From positions 64,083-128,082 of the forward strand of contig CAZGQR010000004.1 of assembly GCA_964527765.1 (NCBI GenBank): a DNA stretch of 64,000 bases, written 5' to 3'. Positions 57,195 through 64,000 of this stretch are shown in pieces (position 1 is the first letter of the stretch; every line of letters starts with the position of its first letter). Made by a program: the position numbers and the translations under genes. Below the pieces are notes generated by a model. The model was not told the origin of the DNA. It saw only the letters and a list, made by a program, of their open reading frames with translations, and ran no database searches. The DNA comes from an uncultured Planctomycetia bacterium (lineage in GTDB: Bacteria > Omnitrophota > Gorgyraeia > Tantalellales > Tantalellaceae).

Positions 57195-58157
57195 ATGAAC
57201 AGAAGAAACGAGCAGATCGAAGCCGTTAGCGGGTGGTGGAACACTGAAAGAAACAAGGAAAAATGGGACAGGGCTTATATCAAGACAAATGTTCATGGCA
57301 GGATGTATTTGAAAACACGGCAAAGGCGCGTTCTTAATTACATGAATGAGGCCGGCTTAAAAGAGGGTTCCCGGGTTCTCGAGTTGGGTTATGGCGCGGG
57401 ACAGACGGCTTTGGAGCTCGGGAAACGGGGATTTGAGGTCTACGGCTTGGATATTTCGGAGAAATTTCGTGAGGTAGCCAGTGCAAGGTGCAGGAGGATG
57501 CATCCGGAGGGAAAATTTTATTTAAAAACCGGGAACATTGAATCAAATTATGAATTCAAGGATGGTTTCTTTGACGCGGTGGTTGTGGTTGGAGCTTTGC
57601 AGTATCTTTACGACCCTTCTGTCTGTCTGAGAGAAGTATTCAGGGTCCTCAGGCCCGGAGGGTTCTTTGTAGTAGCCCAGAGAAATATTTATTCTCTGAG
57701 CAATTTGACTTCACCGAGGGAATTCGCGCGTGCCTGCGCCCATTTTTTCCTGAGAGAAAAATACGAATTATTCCCTTCGTTCAAGTCCATACTGGTCGAC
57801 TCAAAACTGGGATGTATATTCAAACGGTTTGAAGGCTCAAAGTTTTTTAATACGCGATTCATGCTAAAAGGGCATGATGAGTGGAAATTCAAGATCAAAA
57901 AAAGGATAAATTCATATTTCTCCCTCAAGTCGATACTGAAAAGGGAGGGGTTCGCCACGCTTAAAGCCGATGGTGCCTATTATTGCGTTTCCGAGACACC
58001 GCGGTTCTTCTATATCAATCTGAAAGCGGACAGGCTGATCGAAAAAATAAACGGCAAGCTGAGAATACCTTATTTGTTCACGTTGGGAAGAAGCATTGTT
58101 TTGCTGTGTAAAAAAGGGGCGAGGGAAGCGTTTTTGCAAAGATCGGGAGGCATGTAA
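57195..58157 (+). CDS. Class I SAM-dependent methyltransferase
   Basis: VLELGYGAG, GLDIS, RVLRPGG; ATG 57195 after RBS GGGAGG. Confidence 0.85.
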   Translation: MNRRNEQIEAVSGWWNTERNKEKWDRAYIKTNVHGRMYLKTRQRRVLNYMNEAGLKEGSRVLELGYGAGQTALELGKRGFEVYGLDISEKFREVASARCRRMHPEGKFYLKTGNIESNYEFKDGFFDAVVVVGALQYLYDPSVCLREVFRVLRPGGFFVVAQRNIYSLSNLTSPREFARACAHFFLREKYELFPSFKSILVDSKLGCIFKRFEGSKFFNTRFMLKGHDEWKFKIKKRINSYFSLKSILKREGFATLKADGAYYCVSETPRFFYINLKADRLIEKINGKLRIPYLFTLGRSIVLLCKKGAREAFLQRSGGM

Positions 58158-58279
58158 TGACTTTGTTGCAGCGGTTGATCGACAGCGTTGTTCGCATAGT
58201 ATCAAAATGGTTCAGCGGTACGGACAGCGACGATAAGGAGCGTAACGAGCCGCCTGACAGCATATACCCTTTATGGTGA
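58157..58279 (+). CDS. Small protein, 40 aa: MTLLQRLIDSVVRIVSKWFSGTDSDDKERNEPPDSIYPLW
   Basis: TAATG overlap with the upstream stop; RBS GGGAGG at 58145-58150; fills the gap exactly; below the ORF-track size cutoff. Confidence 0.7.
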   Translation: MTLLQRLIDSVVRIVSKWFSGTDSDDKERNEPPDSIYPLW

Positions 58280-58295
58280 CGAGGAGCTGGTATCC

Positions 58296-59450
58296 ATGGG
58301 AAAAGCGTTTTTTTATTCTATCGTTTTTATATGCGGCCTTATTGCGGTAGCAGAGATATTATTCAGGCTATGTTACAGGATCATGCGCAAAAGGCCATAT
58401 CAGTTTATCCCCAGGATACCGTTTAAGAAAATGTACATTGAACCTCATCCGTACCTTCCCTATGTTTCCAAGAAGCATTTTCTGTGCAGCGAGAACATAG
58501 CGGCCCGGTTCCAGCTTAATCAGGATAAAGGGTATAAGTTCACGGAACTGAAAACGAATAATTTCCGCCATTATAACGGCCCGGACGGCAGCAGGGACAT
58601 TGTGATGCCTAAACCTGAAGGTTTGACGCGGATCAACTGTTTAGGCGCTTCGACGACAGGCAACTATATCTTCTACAACGGGCGCCAGTATAGTTATCCG
58701 ATGGAATTGGAGAAGATCTTGAAGAATTCTTTCCCGGGAAACAATACCGAGGTCAATAATTGCGGACAGGGTGGATATACCAGCGCGGAAGTCCTGATAA
58801 AATTTTTATTAGATACTATAGACACGACTCCTGATATCGTTGTCCTGTACCTTGCGTATAACGATCTACAGCCGTCCATGACGGATGGTTTTCAGGGCGA
58901 TTATTCACATGCCAAGAGAAATCTGGGTGAAATATATCATCGCTATGAATTTATCTCAAAAATTCCTTATATACCCCTTGCCATCTGGAACTATCTGATT
59001 AATGCGCGCACGTTTGGTCAGAATATACGCTTTACTCTTTTAAGCGCGATCGCCCGCAAGAACGCAAATATCGACAATGATTTCGAAGGTTTAGGAACGT
59101 ATGAGAGAAATATCGAGCACATAATAAATATCTGCAAGGCGAACGGAATACAAGTGGTCTTGTCGACGTTCTGCCACTATTTATATGACGGCATTAAGGA
59201 CAATAAAGAACATTTGAAATATCATGAAGGCATCAAGCTGGAGAACGAAATAATGAGGGGACTTTCCCGCCGGCATGATGTGCCGCTGGTCGACAATGAC
59301 ATGTTGATACCGAGGGATAATAAGTATTTCGTGGACAGCATACATTTCTCCCCCGAAGGCATGCAGATGCTCGCGGAAAACATTTCGAAGCCGATTATCA
59401 ATATTCTTAAGACGGAAAAAGTCGGGTCGTTGCATGGAAAGCAAGCTTAA
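58296..59450 (+). CDS. Membrane-anchored SGNH/GDSL-fold hydrolase or acyltransferase
   Basis: N-terminal TM helix; CLGASTT, GQGGYTS, AYND, DSIHF. Confidence 0.85.
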   Translation: MGKAFFYSIVFICGLIAVAEILFRLCYRIMRKRPYQFIPRIPFKKMYIEPHPYLPYVSKKHFLCSENIAARFQLNQDKGYKFTELKTNNFRHYNGPDGSRDIVMPKPEGLTRINCLGASTTGNYIFYNGRQYSYPMELEKILKNSFPGNNTEVNNCGQGGYTSAEVLIKFLLDTIDTTPDIVVLYLAYNDLQPSMTDGFQGDYSHAKRNLGEIYHRYEFISKIPYIPLAIWNYLINARTFGQNIRFTLLSAIARKNANIDNDFEGLGTYERNIEHIINICKANGIQVVLSTFCHYLYDGIKDNKEHLKYHEGIKLENEIMRGLSRRHDVPLVDNDMLIPRDNKYFVDSIHFSPEGMQMLAENISKPIINILKTEKVGSLHGKQA

Positions 59451-60351
59451 AAAAATATTCATTACAGGTGGAACGGGACTATTGGGACACTATCTGGTAA
59501 GAACCGCGCCGGGGATATATGATGTAAGTTGTACCTATTTTCCCGGGAACAAGAAGCACTCCGTGCCTTATGTCTGCGGAAAACACCATCTCGATATCAG
59601 CGATAGAGCCGCGGTGATGGACATTATAAAAAAGGCGAAGCCCAATCACGTGATACATACCGCGTCCATTGCTGACGTGGATTATGTCGAGAAAAACAAA
59701 AAAGAGGCGGAGATGTCCAATCTGGGAGGCACGAAGAACGTCATCGAGGCATGCCGGGAAGTAAATGCCGGTCTGGTGTATACGTCTTCCAACGCGGTAT
59801 TTGACGGGAAGAATCCGCCTTATTCGGAGGATGATCCGGTCAATCCTCTTAGTTACTACGGAGAATTAAAGATAAGAGAAGAAGAGCTGGTCAAAAAGAG
59901 CGGGCTGGAATATGCTATCGTAAGGCCCATATTGATGTATGGGTGGAACCTTGGGACGGAAAGAAAAAATCCGGTAACATGGCTTATTGATCTTCTCAGG
60001 ACCGGCAGGGAAGTCAACATGGTTGATGATATCTTTTGTAATCCCCTTTTTGTCGAAGATTGCACGAAAGTGATATGGGAGATCATCAGATCGGACAGAA
60101 AGGGCCTGTTTCACGTCGGGGGAGAGAACGAGATATCTAGATATGAATTCGCCCGTCTTACGGCCGATGTTTTCGGTTTCGACACAAATTGTGTAAAACC
60201 GGTTAAAAATTCTTTTTTTGCGGAAATAGCCCCACGGCCGCGAAATACCACTTATTGCATCAATAAGATCAAGAGGGAGCTGAGAATTTTTCCTTTGGGC
60301 GCGCGTGAGGGCTTGGAAGCGATGAGGGGAGCAGGACATGAAACCTCCTGA
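59434..60351 (+). CDS. RmlD-like NDP-4-keto sugar reductase
   Basis: GGTGLLG, IHTAS.ADVD, SS.AVFDG, YGELK. Confidence 0.88.
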   Translation: MESKLKKIFITGGTGLLGHYLVRTAPGIYDVSCTYFPGNKKHSVPYVCGKHHLDISDRAAVMDIIKKAKPNHVIHTASIADVDYVEKNKKEAEMSNLGGTKNVIEACREVNAGLVYTSSNAVFDGKNPPYSEDDPVNPLSYYGELKIREEELVKKSGLEYAIVRPILMYGWNLGTERKNPVTWLIDLLRTGREVNMVDDIFCNPLFVEDCTKVIWEIIRSDRKGLFHVGGENEISRYEFARLTADVFGFDTNCVKPVKNSFFAEIAPRPRNTTYCINKIKRELRIFPLGAREGLEAMRGAGHETS

Positions 60352-61309
60352 AGTATCAATAGTAGTCGGGGCGTATAATTGCGGAGAGTTTATTCAGGCA
60401 ACCGTTTGTTCTGTTATCGATCAAACGTTCAAGAATTGGGAATTGATCGTTGTTGATGATTGTTCAACCGATGATACTTATGAAAAAGTCAAAGATATGC
60501 AGGACGGGCGTATCAGGATAATCAGGCGCGACAGCAACAGCGGCCTTCCGGCAGTAGCGCGCAACGAGGGCATCAAAACCGCGAAAGGAAAGTTTATCGC
60601 TTTTCTTGACCATGATGACATATGGTTCAGTGAAAAATTAAGCGTCCAATTAAGATATTTGGAGAAAAATACCGACATAGGACTTGCTTCCTGCTCATTG
60701 AGAACCATAAGCCCTGATAGAAGATATAATAACAGGCTGGTTACTGCCGATAAAAGCGGCCATCCAGATTATATCTACGATAAACTGTTGCGATCCAATT
60801 TTATTGCCTGTTCATCCGTTGTCGTGAGAGCTTCTGTTCTGCGGGATATCGGATTTTTTGACGAGACCCCGGAGATGGTGACCGTGGAGGATTGGGATCT
60901 GTGGCTCAGGATAGCGCGAAAACGCAAGGTCGTGTTCATTCCCGAAGTATTGGGTCTTTATAGGAGACATAGCGTCAATCTTTCCTCGGATGTCGAACGG
61001 CTCCAGAAAGCGCTATACGTCATAGACAAACATCTTGAAAAGGACTGGATCACTCAAAGACAGGCGGATGGGGCAAAAGCAAATTTTTATATTTGCGAGG
61101 GATGGAAATTCATCGATAAGGATATTAAACTCGCCAGGTCGCTATTATCTGAAACGCTGCATTTTAAAAAGTACGGCACGAGGATATTTTTCGCGGGTTT
61201 TTCCGGAATGCTCTTATCCGCGTTTCCGCCTTTATGCAGGTTTATCAAGAATAGGTCATTGGACAGGAAGCTAAAAGGCGCCATAAATTTTTGGAAACCG
61301 GACAAATAA
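60338..61309 (+). CDS. Glycosyltransferase family 2
   Basis: VDDCSTD, ARN.GI, FLDHDD, EDWDLWLR. Confidence 0.92.
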   Translation: MKPPEVSIVVGAYNCGEFIQATVCSVIDQTFKNWELIVVDDCSTDDTYEKVKDMQDGRIRIIRRDSNSGLPAVARNEGIKTAKGKFIAFLDHDDIWFSEKLSVQLRYLEKNTDIGLASCSLRTISPDRRYNNRLVTADKSGHPDYIYDKLLRSNFIACSSVVVRASVLRDIGFFDETPEMVTVEDWDLWLRIARKRKVVFIPEVLGLYRRHSVNLSSDVERLQKALYVIDKHLEKDWITQRQADGAKANFYICEGWKFIDKDIKLARSLLSETLHFKKYGTRIFFAGFSGMLLSAFPPLCRFIKNRSLDRKLKGAINFWKPDK

Positions 61310-61311
61310 TT

Positions 61312-63177
61312 ATGTGCGGAATATTTGGATCCATCACCAGAGAAGGGCTTGAAGGCAGGGAGATCGATCAGATCTCCCGTGTTTTATATCCCAGGGGACC
61401 TGATGACGAGGGCAGGGCCAGGATCGAGGCCGGGGGCGCGGTTATCGATCTGATTCACAGGCGCCTCTCGATAATTGACCTTTCCAGCCGCGCGCATCAA
61501 CCGATGTGCGATGAGAGCGGTACCGCGTGGATAGTGTATAATGGCGAGATATACAACTACAGGGAAATAAAAGAAGAATTGGTGCAAAAAGGATACCGGT
61601 TCAGGTCGGATTCCGACACGGAAGTGGCATTGAAGTCATATCGGGAATGGGGAACGGACTGCGCTAAGAAGTTCGTGGGCATGTTCGCATTCGCTGTTTT
61701 TGACAAGAGCAAGAACAGGTTTTTTATCTTCAGGGATCACGCGGGGATAAAACCGCTCTATTATTATTCCCGGGACGGGATATTCATGTTCAGTTCGGAA
61801 CTGAAAAGTTTCTTTCAGGTCCCGGGATTTAAGAAGGAAATAGACAGGGAAGCGTTGTATCTGTATCTGCTTTTCGGTTACGTGCCGTCCCCTTATTCCA
61901 TATTTGAGAATACCAATAAGCTGGAAGCGGGCTGCATCCTGGAGGTCGATCTGGAAGGGGGCATCAAGAGATCGAGATGGTGGAACGCGGATGATTATCA
62001 TGGCCGGGAAGATAAATATCTTTCGTTCGATGAGTCAAAAGAAGCCCTCAAAGAGAAGTTGTTGGCTTCATTCAGATACAGGCTTGTTGCCGACGTCCCC
62101 GTAGGAGTCTTTCTGAGCGGGGGCATAGATTCTACCTTGATCACGACCTTGCTGCAGAGGAATATGGACCGTCCGTTAAGAACTTTCACTATCGGGTTTC
62201 ATGAAAAAGGCTATAATGAGGCGGCATGGGCGAAAAATATCGCAGAATATCTGAAGACCGAACACACCGAATTCTTCTGTACCCCTTCTGATGTCATGGA
62301 AGTTATGAAGAAGCTTCCTCAAATTTACGACGAACCGTTCGCGGACAGTTCGGGGATTCCTACATATCTTTTGTCAAGACTCTCCAGAGAGCGTGTCAAG
62401 GTCTGCCTTTCCGGGGATGGAGGAGATGAATTACTTGGCGGTTACGACAGATATAAAAAAATAAAGTTGTTCTACAGGCTGCTCCATCTGCCTTTTGCCC
62501 TGAGGAAGCATTTGATCAGGAAGCTCGGGTTCACCGCCAGGATGAAATTCATTAGCGAAGATAAGATATTTAAGACCTTTTCCATGCTGAACAGCGAAAA
62601 TTTTTCTCAGAGTTATGTTTCACTTGTGAGCTACTGGAATCCTTACCAGCTTTCGGAGTTGATGGGGGCGGATAAAAGACATTTTCACAAACTTTTCTCT
62701 GAAGAAGTCGAAGGGGATTCCCTGGCCGAGAAGGCAATGCGGTGGGATTTTAATTATTATCTTCCTGATGATTTGCTCACAAAAGTGGACAGGGCATCCA
62801 TGGCGAACGGCCTCGAAGCAAGAGTCCCGATTTTGGATAAAGAGGTCTGTCAATATTCTTTCAAGATTCCTTTGCGGCACAGGTGGAACAAAAAAATACT
62901 TAAATCCATCATATCGGATTATCTTCCCAATGATCTTTTTTACAGGCCTAAACAGGGTTTTCGTGTCCCCATTTACGAGTGGTTCAGGAAGGACCTAAAA
63001 GAGCTGTTTGCCCGGCATCTTTCAAAAACCCGGCTGGACAGCCACGGGCTTTTAAACACTGATTACGTGCTTTCCGTGCTGGCCCGGTATCTTGACCGCG
63101 GAAATGTTTCCGTGCACAAGCTCTGGGCGGTGTTGATGTTCCAGATGTGGTATGAAGAATGGATGGGAAAAAAGTGA
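61312..63177 (+). CDS. asnB: Asparagine-synthase-like glutamine amidotransferase (probably sugar amidation)
   Basis: MCGIFG (Cys1 at ATG 61312), RGPDD, YNGEIYN, LSGGIDS, SGDGGDE, KVDRASM. Confidence 0.92.
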   Translation: MCGIFGSITREGLEGREIDQISRVLYPRGPDDEGRARIEAGGAVIDLIHRRLSIIDLSSRAHQPMCDESGTAWIVYNGEIYNYREIKEELVQKGYRFRSDSDTEVALKSYREWGTDCAKKFVGMFAFAVFDKSKNRFFIFRDHAGIKPLYYYSRDGIFMFSSELKSFFQVPGFKKEIDREALYLYLLFGYVPSPYSIFENTNKLEAGCILEVDLEGGIKRSRWWNADDYHGREDKYLSFDESKEALKEKLLASFRYRLVADVPVGVFLSGGIDSTLITTLLQRNMDRPLRTFTIGFHEKGYNEAAWAKNIAEYLKTEHTEFFCTPSDVMEVMKKLPQIYDEPFADSSGIPTYLLSRLSRERVKVCLSGDGGDELLGGYDRYKKIKLFYRLLHLPFALRKHLIRKLGFTARMKFISEDKIFKTFSMLNSENFSQSYVSLVSYWNPYQLSELMGADKRHFHKLFSEEVEGDSLAEKAMRWDFNYYLPDDLLTKVDRASMANGLEARVPILDKEVCQYSFKIPLRHRWNKKILKSIISDYLPNDLFYRPKQGFRVPIYEWFRKDLKELFARHLSKTRLDSHGLLNTDYVLSVLARYLDRGNVSVHKLWAVLMFQMWYEEWMGKK

Positions 63178-64000
63178 AAGTAATCCATATTACAAATATG
63201 TATCCGACAGACTCCCATTCCTATGGCGGGGTCTTTGTAAGGAACCAAATAGATTCATTGGGGAGACATGGTTTGAACATAAAGCTGAAATGCATAGGCC
63301 GGCCGTTTGGCGGGTACAGCAGGATTTTTTCCTTTAGAACAGAGATAAATGAGGCCGATATAATACACTGTCATTTCGGGCACACGGGGTCTTTGGCGCT
63401 TTTCTGGAAGCTTTTGGAGCGTAAACCACTGGTTGTTTCCTATTGCGGTGACGATCTTATGGGCGGAGTAACGGAAGAAGGCAGCTACCATTTGAAAGGC
63501 AGGCTTCTGGCGTCTTTAAATTCTCTTTTGTCCAGATATGTCGATTGCGCTGTTGTCAAGTCAAGACAGCTTGCGGAAAAGGTGAAGACAAAAAGGGTTG
63601 AACTCATTCCTAACGGAGTTGACATGGATCTTTTCAGGGAAATGGATAAGCAAAAAGCGAGAAAAAAAATCGGCTTAGAGACCGATGAAGAAAGAATTTT
63701 TTTCTTCTTGGGTCAAAAAAATGAACCGGTTAAAAATTTTTCCTTGTTTGAAAAAAGTTTAACATACCTGAATTTTAAATTTAAATTTTTTGTGCTAGAA
63801 AATATTTCATATAAAGATGTAGTGTATTATATGAATGCGGCAGACGTTTGTGTGCTGACTTCGCTCCATGAAGGCTCTCCGAACGTTATAAAGGAAGCAA
63901 TGGCTTGCAATAGGCCGATCGTTTCCGTGGATGTGGGGGATGTAAGGGAATTGTTGGGGCCTGTGGAAGGATGCTTTGTAGTGCGGCATGATCCGAAGGA
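63174..64000 (+). CDS. Glycosyltransferase family 4 (TuaC-like), 3'-truncated by the window end
   Basis: GTGA overlap; manual translation MKVIHITNMYP...IIHCHFG...IPNGVD...EGSPNVIKEAMAC (EX7E); open to the end of the window. Confidence 0.88.
   Translation, partial: MKVIHITNMYPTDSHSYGGVFVRNQIDSLGRHGLNIKLKCIGRPFGGYSRIFSFRTEINEADIIHCHFGHTGSLALFWKLLERKPLVVSYCGDDLMGGVTEEGSYHLKGRLLASLNSLLSRYVDCAVVKSRQLAEKVKTKRVELIPNGVDMDLFREMDKQKARKKIGLETDEERIFFFLGQKNEPVKNFSLFEKSLTYLNFKFKFFVLENISYKDVVYYMNAADVCVLTSLHEGSPNVIKEAMACNRPIVSVDVGDVRELLGPVEGCFVVRHDPK

Noticed and set aside
57181-58150. Direct repeat GATCGGGAGG at 57181 and 58141
   Set aside because: Only 10 bp and mostly the Shine-Dalgarno sequence; not evidence of a mobile element or target-site duplication.
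897-63669. Homopolymer tracts as phase-variation sites (A8 at 897-904, 36818-36825 and 63662-63669; several G6)
   Set aside because: They are short, in frame, and explained by Lys/Gly codons; I saw no long G/C tracts or frameshifted genes.
296-63989. Numerous - strand and alternative-frame ORFs in the ORF track (e.g. 296-1159, 4359-5183, 6752-7696, 24685-25569)
   Set aside because: They are shadows of well-supported + strand genes and show no recognisable motifs.
63174-64000. Pseudogene or non-coding AT-rich end (no long ORF in the track)
   Set aside because: Manual translation shows an intact GT4 reading frame that simply runs off the window end.

Overview
Gene-dense bacterial chromosomal window, almost entirely on the + strand. 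I see no rRNA, tRNA, CRISPR array or mobile element. Region 1 (1-18.5 kb) is housekeeping: a D-Ala-D-Ala carboxypeptidase lipoprotein; a glycogen cluster built on three GH57 enzymes (one fused to glycogen synthase) plus glgC; NAD salvage (pncA/pncB); an O-antigen-ligase-like gene on the - strand; a PurF homologue lacking the catalytic N-terminal Cys; a membrane PP2C phosphatase; and a methyltransferase. Region 2 (18.7 kb to beyond the window end) is one very large, tightly coupled surface-glycan locus. It starts at a consensus sigma70 promoter with palindromic operators and an EPS-type MarR regulator. It encodes an ABC flippase-like exporter, a legionaminic-acid pathway with a formyltransferase in place of the acetyltransferase, and a pseudaminic-acid pathway lacking PseH but with WbqC, a methyltransferase and a B12 radical SAM enzyme. 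It also encodes a third amino-sugar pathway, a carbamoyltransferase, amidotransferases, several SAM methyltransferases and glycosyltransferases. The most striking element (41.4-48.2 kb) is a complete set of homologues of the Campylobacter phosphoramidate donor pathway (Cj1418/Cj1417/Cj1416/Cj1415), interleaved with two sulfotransferase-fold proteins. These may transfer phosphoramidate from a PAPS-like 3'-phospho-CDP-amidate donor rather than sulfate. All functional calls come from motif recognition by eye; no database searches were run.
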